A DNA stretch of 64,000 nt from a virus: IMG/VR virus record IMGVR_UViG_3300042892_003815, positions 64,001-128,000 of that record; one strand, 5' to 3'. Below, in pieces: positions 19,459 through 28,354 of the stretch. A model generated the notes under the pieces. The model was not told the origin of the DNA, searched no databases, and saw only the letters and a list, made by a program, of their open reading frames with translations. Position 1 is the stretch's first letter; each line of letters opens with the position of its first letter. Made by a program: the position numbers and the translations under genes.

Positions 19459-19932
19459 ATGAAAAGTATAGTAACCGAAGAATTTTCCGGTCAAGAAAAG
19501 ACTGATGAATTACTAGATAAAATATCTAAGTATGGTATAGTATCTTTGACTATACATGAAAAAGATTTTCTTGATGCCGTTTCTATAGGTGATGAGGAGA
19601 TAGTTAAAAATAAGATGATAATTCTAAGTACAGATACTATTTTTGAAGACGATTACTTTAAATTTGAATTAGATGATATAAAGTATGAAGAGAATGGAAT
19701 CGAATATATTGGAACTTTGTATGTACCAGATTTAGAAAAGCCACATAAAACAATAGAGGGAAACTTAAAAGGTAAAATAATACTTTATAATACAGGTGTT
19801 TATTCACTTGATTTCTTAAAAGTTGTAAATGAGAGGGGTAAAGAAGTAGATTATGATGTCTTTGAGTTCTGTAGTGGGTTAGAATATGAATTAGATAGCT
19901 TTATAGACTATGTAGTTCAAGAATTAGGATAA
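19459..19932 (+). CDS. hypothetical protein with DUF6576-like N-terminal helix
   Basis: DELLDKISKYGIVSLTIHEKDFL. Confidence 0.6.
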   Translation: MKSIVTEEFSGQEKTDELLDKISKYGIVSLTIHEKDFLDAVSIGDEEIVKNKMIILSTDTIFEDDYFKFELDDIKYEENGIEYIGTLYVPDLEKPHKTIEGNLKGKIILYNTGVYSLDFLKVVNERGKEVDYDVFEFCSGLEYELDSFIDYVVQELG

Positions 19933-19980
19933 AAACAGGTATTTTAAATTTAATATATAATAAAAAAATAATTATTTGAT

Positions 19981-20523
19981 ATGATTAAAAAATATAATCA
20001 ATTCGTAGATGACAAAATAAATGAAGAGTTTACTGCTGGACCTGAACAAGCTCCTGCAAGACCGGCTACAAGACCTGAAACTCCTACTAGACCAGATACA
20101 GATAGACCAGCTGCACCTAGACCAACTAGACCAGGTGTTATTCCAGATGATGTCCCAAGTGAACAAGATAACCCATTGGCAAAAAACAGTCCATTTGAAC
20201 AAGAGTTTGAAGGTGAAGAAGAAGAACAAGAGGATGTTTATTCTAGTAGATTAAAAGAACTAGCAGATGCGTTAGGTTTAGATTCAGATGCAGTTCAAAA
20301 TAACAAATTAGACTTTGATGGAAAAGAAATTATTTTCCCATCTGAAACCGAAAAGTTTCATGTTGATAGAAAGAAATTTGATACAGTTGAACAAGTTGTA
20401 GATTATCTACAAGGTGGTTCTTCTGAGAGAGTTGCTCCTAAATTAGAGGAGGAAGATAGAATTGATCCTGAGTTTGAAGCTAAGAGCTATAAATTTTCAA
20501 GAAGAGAAAGAAGATTAAAATAA
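19981..20523 (+). CDS. Pro/acidic-rich protein with capsid-targeting-like leader
   Basis: MIKKYNQFVDDKINEE leader; PARPATRP repeats; TAATATATA at 19951-19959. Confidence 0.7.
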   Translation: MIKKYNQFVDDKINEEFTAGPEQAPARPATRPETPTRPDTDRPAAPRPTRPGVIPDDVPSEQDNPLAKNSPFEQEFEGEEEEQEDVYSSRLKELADALGLDSDAVQNNKLDFDGKEIIFPSETEKFHVDRKKFDTVEQVVDYLQGGSSERVAPKLEEEDRIDPEFEAKSYKFSRRERRLK

Positions 20524-20540
20524 TATATTTTTTAACTAAT

Positions 20541-20569
20541 AAAAAAAACCACTCATTTGAGTGGTTTTT
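20541..20569. terminator. bidirectional terminator
   Basis: A8-CCACTCA-TT-TGAGTGG-T5. Confidence 0.85.
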
Positions 20570-20572
20570 GTT

Positions 20573-20896
20573 TTACTGTTGATTTTCTTGAATCGTTGCA
20601 TCTGCTGAGTTACTAACGTCTGATGCTTTCTTTTCATTTTGTATTTGGCTAACCATGTAACCTGCTACAAGAAACTGAATAGACGCCCATCCACCAAACT
20701 CAATCATAGTCATTGTTTCATATTTACTTAATAGGAAAAATATCATTCCCCATTCTGCAATAACAAATCCAATTCCTGACTCAACTCTCTTTTTAGAAAA
20801 GTATGAATCTTGTGTAGAATAGATTTTCATAATCTCTGTGAAGAACCATTTGATGCTCCCAAAGAATCCTAATTTCTTTTTAACTTCTTCTGCCAT
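20573..20896 (-). CDS. small two-TM membrane protein (possible holin)
   Basis: Two hydrophobic segments (GIGFVIAEWGMIFFLL; FGGWASIQFLVAGYMV), charged termini; start reassigned to MAEEVKK. Confidence 0.45.
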   Translation of the reverse strand: MAEEVKKKLGFFGSIKWFFTEIMKIYSTQDSYFSKKRVESGIGFVIAEWGMIFFLLSKYETMTMIEFGGWASIQFLVAGYMVSQIQNEKKASDVSNSADATIQENQQ

Positions 20897-20946
20897 AATA
20901 AGTCTTTTTTCTTTTATATATAAAATCATGAAATTCAATTATATAC

Positions 20947-20982
20947 AAAAAAAAAGAGTCTCCTTTTTTAGAGACTCTTTTT
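20947..20982. terminator. intrinsic terminator
   Basis: A-tract-GAGTCTC...GAGACTC-T-tract downstream of primase. Confidence 0.75.
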
Positions 20983-21073
20983 CAATTTATAAATCCAAAT
21001 ACCAACCAATGAAACTTAGAATTTATAATCAACTTTCGTTGATAAGATTTATATGTTTATATTTTTAAAAGTT

Positions 21074-22270
21074 TTATAATTTTTTAAATTCTTCAAATTT
21101 TTTATTATAATCAACTTCTTCTTTATTATTTCTCCTACGTTTAAACTTTGGAATCCATTTAATATCTAAAATATCACTACTAAAAAATAAAGGCAATTTT
21201 AATTTCTTAAACGCATCCGGTGTTAGTTGACATAATTTATTTATATCTTTTACTTTACTAATCCTATGTAATAAACTAAATGGATCTGAAGTTTTCTTTT
21301 GAGAGACAATACTATCAAATAACTTATTCCATAAAAATACCGTATATCCTTCTTTTAACTTTTCCTCTGATTTTTTAAATCCTGCCTCATCATTATCAAA
21401 AAAGTATTGTAAATCAAATCCACTATTTTCTAAAAATCTAAAATCTGTATTTACTCCAACTAATCCAATTGAGTTAGGATAGAATAGTGAATCTAAATAA
21501 CCTTCAAAAACTGTAATCATCTTATCAAAATCAACATTAAGTATATTAAAGTAATAAGATAATTTATTATAAATAACCAGTTCATTTATATCAATTTGTT
21601 TAGGTTCTTCTTTTGCCAAATTTACCCACTCTAATATATTCTCAAAGTTATAAATTTTAAACATTCTTTTTCTACCTTCTTTAAGATTACGAACTTGCAT
21701 TCCTAGTAATTTAGTATCCCTACGATTAAGCATTACTATAATCCATTCAGATTCATCTTCATTCTTCCAATACTTTGCTTGATAGATATTTTTATGTTTA
21801 TCTGGTTCTATACCACGACCAATTAAGTATTTATAAATACCACCATTGACTTGAATAGGTTTAAAATCAGAAAATGGAGTTAGATTTAGTTCGATAGATT
21901 TTTCTAAATCACTTAAATCAATTAAGTTATCAAATTTTGCATCAGTAAATTCACTTTGATAATCATTATAAGTCACAATTGAATCTAAGTGTTCAATCAT
22001 TTCTAACTTTTTATCAGGATCAATTTGTTCATTGAATTCTTTACACATTCTATCGAATGTAGTTTTCTTATCACAATTGAAACAAATAAAGACTAAGCGA
22101 TTAAAATAAAGATTACCTCTTTTTGCGTGATTGTTACGATGACTGTCTCCACAAAAAGGACAAGCTAGGTTCAAACGGTCAGTATAATCATTTATTCTGC
22201 GTTTCTGAACATTTGCAAACTCTTTATTAAGAATTTTTTGAACGATATTTTTAATATAGACTTTATCCAT
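21074..22270 (-). CDS. DNA primase (T4 gp61-like)
   Basis: Zn ribbon CPFCGDS...CFNC; TOPRIM VFEGYLDSL and FFDNDEAG. Confidence 0.85.
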   Translation of the reverse strand: MDKVYIKNIVQKILNKEFANVQKRRINDYTDRLNLACPFCGDSHRNNHAKRGNLYFNRLVFICFNCDKKTTFDRMCKEFNEQIDPDKKLEMIEHLDSIVTYNDYQSEFTDAKFDNLIDLSDLEKSIELNLTPFSDFKPIQVNGGIYKYLIGRGIEPDKHKNIYQAKYWKNEDESEWIIVMLNRRDTKLLGMQVRNLKEGRKRMFKIYNFENILEWVNLAKEEPKQIDINELVIYNKLSYYFNILNVDFDKMITVFEGYLDSLFYPNSIGLVGVNTDFRFLENSGFDLQYFFDNDEAGFKKSEEKLKEGYTVFLWNKLFDSIVSQKKTSDPFSLLHRISKVKDINKLCQLTPDAFKKLKLPLFFSSDILDIKWIPKFKRRRNNKEEVDYNKKFEEFKKL

Positions 22271-22336
22271 ATCAAATATATTATAAAAAGCCTACTAAGT
22301 TTAAATAAAAAATCCTCTTAAAAAAGAGGATTTAAT

Positions 22337-23494
22337 TTATTCTTTACATTTACATTCGCAACTATCATCACAATCACACTCTCCTTTTGTGTTATCACAA
22401 CAAGGACACCATTCTTGATTACCTAGTCTTTTTGCTTGTGCCTTTAATCTATTACCGTAAGGATCTTGACGAGTTTCATCACCATTCGCACTAAAATCAT
22501 TAGTTTTATCTGTCATAATCATAAGATTAGTTTCTGGTTGCATAGAGATAGTAGAACTTTGTAGTCCAGGAGTTTGAGTTTGACTCTCATTAAAATCACC
22601 AAATGACTTAACTCTTCTTGTAGGTATATTAGTTTTAACTACATTTTCTGGTTTGTTTGTATCTTTAATAATGAATTCTTTAATGAACGGCCATAATTCT
22701 TCATGATCTAAATCATCACTTGAAAGTGCATCTTTCATGTGTTTAACATTTCCTGGATCATCATCAGAAAAACCAACTTTTGCAACAAATCCAATTTTTT
22801 GTGCATATCCATTTACATCAGTAATAAACTCTCTTAAAGCATCCTCTTTTGCTGCTTCTGGATTTGCAGGTGATCCACCTCTTGATGGTGCAGAAACACC
22901 AACAAAGTGACATAAATCTAAATAGTTTTTAACTAATTCGCTCTGAGAGAATTTTGTGATACTTTCATAACTTCCACCATCTCTTGATTTACCAAAAAGT
23001 TGAAGAAACATAAGTAAACTATCATGCATTTTTTCTTTATCTTGTTGATCTAAATTATCAATGATATATTCAACACCCTTTCTCATACCTTCTGGTTCGT
23101 GACCACGTGCAGTTATAATTGCAAATACAGAACCATTAGTTAAACATTCAATAAAGTCATCCCAAGCAGGTGCGAGTGCATCCATTTGTAATGCTTTAGC
23201 AACATCTTTCTTAAATATCTCTGGATCTTCTATATCTCTAAAGTTTCTAAATGCGGTATTATAATCCAAACCAACGATAGTTTTGCCACCATATTCAAAT
23301 TCTTCTTTTCCTATTTTAGAACGATAAACTGCAAAGTCTGCAGTACTCATACCAACTTCACCACCATCTTCGGTTTGTACCATAATTTCAGTTGGCATGT
23401 TAAGTATGTTGTCATCCCAGTCAAATGCATAAAAAAGTAAAGTTCCTTTACCAGAAACACTTTCTTTGATAAAATTATTAAATTTTAATAACAT
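22337..23494 (-). CDS. HAD-superfamily phosphatase with capsid-targeting-like leader and Cys-rich tail
   Basis: MLLKFNNFIKE leader; FDWDDN, IITARGH, FSDDD; tail CPCCDNTKGECDCDDSCECKC. Confidence 0.7.
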   Translation of the reverse strand: MLLKFNNFIKESVSGKGTLLFYAFDWDDNILNMPTEIMVQTEDGGEVGMSTADFAVYRSKIGKEEFEYGGKTIVGLDYNTAFRNFRDIEDPEIFKKDVAKALQMDALAPAWDDFIECLTNGSVFAIITARGHEPEGMRKGVEYIIDNLDQQDKEKMHDSLLMFLQLFGKSRDGGSYESITKFSQSELVKNYLDLCHFVGVSAPSRGGSPANPEAAKEDALREFITDVNGYAQKIGFVAKVGFSDDDPGNVKHMKDALSSDDLDHEELWPFIKEFIIKDTNKPENVVKTNIPTRRVKSFGDFNESQTQTPGLQSSTISMQPETNLMIMTDKTNDFSANGDETRQDPYGNRLKAQAKRLGNQEWCPCCDNTKGECDCDDSCECKCKE

Positions 23495-23566
23495 ATTATT
23501 GTAATATTTTTTATTATATATTAAATTTCATTTATAAAAAAAAGAGGACTAAATCCTCTTTCTTAT

Positions 23567-23869
23567 TTATCTTTTATTGAAAAAAGACTGAAAAGATTCT
23601 AGTGCTTTACCTTCTTCTTCATCCTCATCTTCTTCAGACTCTTCACCTTCAGATTCTTCGTCTCCGAAATCTTCTTCTTCACCTTGACCATCAAAATCTT
23701 TAAACGCTTTAACGTCATCTCCTTCTTCATCTTGACCTTGTCCTTCTTCAGGAGCTTCAAGAGTGAATTCTTCAACTGTTTCACCATCTAATTCAGCTTT
23801 AACAGTTACAACACCGTCAACTTCTTCAATTTCGATTTCATATCCAAGTACTTCAACTTTAGTTTTCAT
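23567..23869 (-). CDS. highly acidic small protein
   Basis: E/D-rich; contains KAFKDF and ends LESFQSFFNKR. Confidence 0.7.
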   Translation of the reverse strand: MKTKVEVLGYEIEIEEVDGVVTVKAELDGETVEEFTLEAPEEGQGQDEEGDDVKAFKDFDGQGEEEDFGDEESEGEESEEDEDEEEGKALESFQSFFNKR

Positions 23870-23917
23870 ATATGTTTATTATTTTTTTATTATATATTAA
23901 ATTATCAAACCTCTTTT

Positions 23918-25015
23918 TTACACTTTTACATACTTGTAATCAAGATTTGGTAGTTTACTTTTAATCACTTTAGTAGCACCTTTTAAATACTTTATATTAT
24001 CATCATAGAATATAACTTTATCAAATCCAGTTTTATCAACTAGCTCAATAATCTTTTCACCTTTCCAACCACCAACATTATAGTGATTTTCATGAGGATA
24101 CATATGTAATCCATATTTAGGATATTCTAATCCTAATTCTTTCATAACCTTCTCAATCTTATCTCTAATTTCCTCTGAACGAGCAGTCACTATACACTTA
24201 TTCTCAATTGAATTATAAAAGTCTGCTAATTCTAATACTTCTGTTGGTAAACTTAAATCAGTTTTTCCAAATATATCTGGTGTGGTGAGATAAACTCTTT
24301 TACCTTTTCTAATCCAGTTTCCTTTTACTTCAATATTCTCACTTGGATCTTCAACATAAATTCTACCGTCCTGCCATTTTAGAACAGATTTGTTTACTCC
24401 AATACTTGAAGTTGATTTATCTATTATTTCTTTTATAGAAACATCTTCTGTTAAGTATTCAATGACAAAATCTTCAAACTCTGGTGTATTCACAAGTGTA
24501 TCGTCAAAGTCGAATACGTATAATGTATCACTATTTTCAAATGATTCAAATAATGATTTTACCTTACTAATAAAACCTTTTGGTCTTACTTTCTCCGCAA
24601 CGGAAATTTCAATGTTCTTTATTTCAGTATCATCATCTAATCTATCAGTGGTCAAAGAACTAATATAACTTTCCATAAAAGTCTTTTGTTCTACATTAGT
24701 GCCATTTTCATATTCACCAATAACATCCATTTTAACATCTTTTATTCTATATTGTCGTGATAACATTTCCAAAAATGGAATAAAATGATTTTTAATATCG
24801 GACCATTTAAACATATTTTCATACCTATTTGGCCAATAATAACTTTTGTTTTCAATAAGTTTATTATCAAATTTTATTACTTTATAATCAAGCCAATTCC
24901 ATTCTTGAATTTCATATTCATAACCATCATCCATAAGATAAGCTAAACACATATCACATAAGTCTGTTAGATTTTCCTTATCAATCGATTCGTTAAATAG
25001 TTTTAAATACTTCAT
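23918..25015 (-). CDS. two-domain protein: LAYLxDD domain + HAD phosphatase, capsid-targeting-like leader
   Basis: MKYLKLFNES leader; YVFDFDDTLV, IVTARS, FYDDN. Confidence 0.7.
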   Translation of the reverse strand: MKYLKLFNESIDKENLTDLCDMCLAYLMDDGYEYEIQEWNWLDYKVIKFDNKLIENKSYYWPNRYENMFKWSDIKNHFIPFLEMLSRQYRIKDVKMDVIGEYENGTNVEQKTFMESYISSLTTDRLDDDTEIKNIEISVAEKVRPKGFISKVKSLFESFENSDTLYVFDFDDTLVNTPEFEDFVIEYLTEDVSIKEIIDKSTSSIGVNKSVLKWQDGRIYVEDPSENIEVKGNWIRKGKRVYLTTPDIFGKTDLSLPTEVLELADFYNSIENKCIVTARSEEIRDKIEKVMKELGLEYPKYGLHMYPHENHYNVGGWKGEKIIELVDKTGFDKVIFYDDNIKYLKGATKVIKSKLPNLDYKYVKV

Positions 25016-25020
25016 ATCAG

Positions 25021-25029
25021 TATATATTA
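25021..25029 (-). promoter_or_regulatory. putative late promoter TAATATATA
   Basis: 5 nt before the ATG at 25015. Confidence 0.55.
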
Positions 25030-25075
25030 AACTTTTACTCTATTTTATAATAAAAACAAAAAATAATACCCATAA

Positions 25076-25735
25076 ATGAAAAACGACTTACAAAAATTTC
25101 TACGAAGTCAATCTATTTCAAGTACCTTTCAAGACAATTACTTTAAACATTTACAACGAAAAAACAGTACTCCTATGTTATTAGAGAGTAATGGTATGTC
25201 TGTTGATGTTTTTTCAAAGTTATTAGAAGATAGGATTATCTTTTTATCTACTGAAGTTGATGAATATGTTACAAACATAATCAAAGCACAACTTCTTTAT
25301 TTAGAATCTGAAAGTGATGAAGACATATCAATTTATATTGATTCACCAGGTGGATCAGTTTATACCGGGTTAGGCTTACTTGATGTAATGGACTTTGTTA
25401 AACCAGACATTGTTACGATCAATACGGGACTAGCTGCTTCAATGGCTGCAGTAATTCTATGTTCTGGTACAAAAGGTAAGAGAATGGCTCTTAAAAGAAG
25501 TAGAACGATGATTCATCAACCATTATCTTATGCTGGTTATCAACAAGCATCGGATTTAGAGATCGAAGTAAAAGAGATAAACTCTTTGAAGAAAGAACTC
25601 TATGAAATAATTTCTGAGAGATCAGGACAAACTTTTGATAGAGTATCTAAAGATGGAGATAGAGATTATTGGATGACTTCACAAGATGCAAAGAAGTACG
25701 GAATTATCGATGAGATAATATTAAAAAGAAAATAA
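25076..25735 (+). CDS. clpP: ATP-dependent Clp protease proteolytic subunit
   Basis: DVFSKLLEDRIIFL, YIDSPGGSV, GLAASM (Ser), MIHQP (His), DRDYWM (Asp). Confidence 0.95.
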   Translation: MKNDLQKFLRSQSISSTFQDNYFKHLQRKNSTPMLLESNGMSVDVFSKLLEDRIIFLSTEVDEYVTNIIKAQLLYLESESDEDISIYIDSPGGSVYTGLGLLDVMDFVKPDIVTINTGLAASMAAVILCSGTKGKRMALKRSRTMIHQPLSYAGYQQASDLEIEVKEINSLKKELYEIISERSGQTFDRVSKDGDRDYWMTSQDAKKYGIIDEIILKRK

Positions 25736-25740
25736 TATGA

Positions 25741-26199
25741 ATGGAAGATATAACATATCTCTCAGATGATGAGAAAGTTCAAAAATTAGTTTCTGATGTG
25801 AAACATAAGTTTGGTATATTTAGTGTAAGTAATACTTTATTTCCAAAAAATGAAATTAGTGATTCTGAACTTAAATCATTCTTTGAAAAGATTTCAGATA
25901 GAACTACTAAAATTTTAAATGCACCTAGTGGTACATTTAATAAAATTGTAAATGGTCAATTAGAATCATTTACATATACGGTATCAACATTACAGAGTTC
26001 TACATTAGATGACTTGGTAAAGATTGTTATTGATTACTTAAAAGATATCGAAGTTTTTGGTATTTATGATTTGACATATGATCCTAACAGCTCTCGATAT
26101 AATATAAGATTGTATAGTTTTGAAGATGAACTACGTCTAAAATCAATTACACGAGAAAAGAAAATAGATGATTTATTAAATGATAAACCAATTTTCTAA
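25741..26199 (+). CDS. hypothetical protein with C-terminal REKKIDDLL tag
   Basis: 152 aa directly downstream of clpP. Confidence 0.7.
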   Translation: MEDITYLSDDEKVQKLVSDVKHKFGIFSVSNTLFPKNEISDSELKSFFEKISDRTTKILNAPSGTFNKIVNGQLESFTYTVSTLQSSTLDDLVKIVIDYLKDIEVFGIYDLTYDPNSSRYNIRLYSFEDELRLKSITREKKIDDLLNDKPIF

Positions 26200-26202
26200 A
26201 AT

Positions 26203-26234
26203 AAAAAAACCACTCAAATGAGTGGTTTTTTTTT
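26203..26234. terminator. bidirectional terminator
   Basis: A7-CCACTCA-AA-TGAGTGG-T9; near-identical to 20541-20569. Confidence 0.85.
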
Positions 26235-26235
26235 A

Positions 26236-26574
26236 TTATGCCTGATCCCCGTTTTCTGGTTTAGCCTTTGGCTTTCTTCTTCTACGTGGCTTAGCTTTAA
26301 CAACAGCCTCTTCAGTTGCAACTACTTCTTTAACTTCTTCAGTTTTTTTAGCAGGTCTTCTTCTTTTTGCCTTAATTTCTTTAGCAGTTACTTTAGTTTC
26401 CTCAGTTTGTACTGGTACTTCTTGTTTCACTACTTCTTTTTTAGTTTCCACAACTTTTGCAGTTGGTACTTCTACTTTTTTAGTTTCCACAACTTTTACA
26501 GCTGGTACTTCTACTTCACAAACTTCTGCTTTTTTACCACCAAAAAGTTCTTGAAAGAATTTAATTAATCCCAT
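26236..26574 (-). CDS. K/E/V-rich low-complexity protein
   Basis: Amphipathic MGLIKFFQELFGG start, 13-aa repeat, basic RRRP/RRRRKP tracts. Confidence 0.65.
   Translation of the reverse strand: MGLIKFFQELFGGKKAEVCEVEVPAVKVVETKKVEVPTAKVVETKKEVVKQEVPVQTEETKVTAKEIKAKRRRPAKKTEEVKEVVATEEAVVKAKPRRRRKPKAKPENGDQA
26437..26515. repeat. 39-nt coding tandem repeat x2
   Basis: Encodes VEVP(AV/TA)KVVETKK twice. Confidence 0.85.
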
Positions 26575-26697
26575 GATATTTATTTATTTTTTTTATTATA
26601 TATTCAATTTATATCTTTCCCTTTGTAAAAAACCTCAAGAAAACGACAAAAACTTCATAAACTAAACAAATACAAGGTTTTTATATATAATAATGAG

Positions 26698-28311
26698 ATG
26701 AAACTTAGATATGATAAAGATAAAGAAGAGTTAGTAGTCACAGAAGCAAGTAGAGTTGAATATCATCAGTTATCACTGTGGTTAACTCGTCATGTTAAAG
26801 GTTGGAGATACCAACCTGCTGTGAAAATGGGAGTATGGGATGGTAAAAAAACATACTTTAGAGATGGTAAAATAAACTTAGGTTTGTGGAAGGAAGCTAT
26901 GCGAGGTTGTAAAGAAATTGACGCACCTTTTATAGTTGAGAATAAAGAAGATTTTCCAATCAATAGAGATGTTACTTTAGAAAAAGTTCAAGACTTCTGT
27001 AAAGACTTCTTTAAAACTCATAAAATGAAGAAAGATGGTGAAATAGTTCCTTTTATGCCATATGACCATCAAATTGAGGCAGCATACAAGATATTAAAGA
27101 ATAGATTTTGTATGGCAGAAGTTGCTACTTCGGGTGGTAAATCTTTAATCATATCAATAGTTATGTTTTACACTCTAAAACATACTGATCCTGATGCAAA
27201 ATTTCTAATAATAGTTCCTTCAATTACTTTAGTTACTCAGTTCTATGATAATATCATAGAGTATAATTATGGTTTAAACAACCTTCTCGAAATGAGAGAA
27301 GGTAAAATTGAAAAATTTGAAGATCTAAATAATGGACATACACCCTGTACTGTTAGAGTAGAAGAAGTAATGTCAGATAGACCAAGAAAGTTCTCTGGTA
27401 CTGAAAATCCTAATGTTTATATTGGTACTTATCAATCTTTGGAAAAGTGGCCTAAGAAGTTCTTTCAACAATTTCACACAATAGCCACAGATGAAGCTCA
27501 CGGGGCCAAGGCAAAAACAATTTCTTCTATTTTAGAAAGTACATTTACCCACGCTTATTGTAGATTTGGAGTATCAGGTACATTCCCAACAGATGATACT
27601 TGTGAAATACTTAATATACAAGCCGTGTTAGGACCTAAAATAACAGAGGTTTCTGCAGATGAATTAAAGAAGAAGGGTATTATTACTCCGATGGAAATAA
27701 AAGCTGTTATAATGAATCATAATGATTTAGAATTTCATGATAGATTGAAGTTGATAAGAAAAAGTGGAGATGGTAAGGCAGCATTTGATTTAGAGAAAGC
27801 TTATGCACATCAATCTGAAAAAAGATTAGTCTTTATTAGAAAGATTGTTGAAAAGTGTACTAATAATACTTTATTATTATTTCATACTATTGAAAATGGT
27901 CAAAGAATATATCAAAAATTAAAAGATGAATTACCTGATAAAGAATTTTACTATATTGATGGTGAGATAAGTGGTAAGAAAAGAGAAGAAATTAAAAAGC
28001 TGATGGAGATAACTTCCGATAAAGTTAAAGTACTTGTAGCTTCTTTTGGAACACTTTCTACTGGAGTAAGTATAAATGCAATCTTTAATGTGATATTTAC
28101 AGACTCATTTAAGTCAGAACAAATTATTATTCAAAGTATTGGCCGTGGACTTCGTTTACATACTGATAAAGATAAAGTAAATATCTTTGATTTAGTTGAT
28201 ATATTCAATCCAAGTGATATGTCTAATATACTTTATAGACATTTTAAAGAAAGAGAAGGATTCTATAATAAAAGAAAATACCCATATAAGATAATAAAAA
28301 TTAATTTGTAA
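26698..28311 (+). CDS. uvsW: SF2 DNA helicase, UvsW-like
   Basis: ATSGGKSL (motif I), DEAH, SGT, QSIGRGLR; T4-type architecture. Confidence 0.85.
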   Translation: MKLRYDKDKEELVVTEASRVEYHQLSLWLTRHVKGWRYQPAVKMGVWDGKKTYFRDGKINLGLWKEAMRGCKEIDAPFIVENKEDFPINRDVTLEKVQDFCKDFFKTHKMKKDGEIVPFMPYDHQIEAAYKILKNRFCMAEVATSGGKSLIISIVMFYTLKHTDPDAKFLIIVPSITLVTQFYDNIIEYNYGLNNLLEMREGKIEKFEDLNNGHTPCTVRVEEVMSDRPRKFSGTENPNVYIGTYQSLEKWPKKFFQQFHTIATDEAHGAKAKTISSILESTFTHAYCRFGVSGTFPTDDTCEILNIQAVLGPKITEVSADELKKKGIITPMEIKAVIMNHNDLEFHDRLKLIRKSGDGKAAFDLEKAYAHQSEKRLVFIRKIVEKCTNNTLLLFHTIENGQRIYQKLKDELPDKEFYYIDGEISGKKREEIKKLMEITSDKVKVLVASFGTLSTGVSINAIFNVIFTDSFKSEQIIIQSIGRGLRLHTDKDKVNIFDLVDIFNPSDMSNILYRHFKEREGFYNKRKYPYKIIKINL

Positions 28312-28354
28312 CGACACTATCTTTATATATAATAGATAAAATTTATTATATTTA

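Noticed and set aside
20991-21068. CAACCAATGAAAC shared with 58923-58935 and a 19-codon ORF (MKLRIYNQ...)
   Set aside because: A 13-nt match is expected by chance in 64 kb of AT-rich DNA and no promoter is evident; weak at best
26218-26568. Phe-rich plus-strand ORF as a membrane protein
   Set aside because: Antisense to the K/E-rich gene 26236..26574; the hydrophobicity is a reverse-complement artefact
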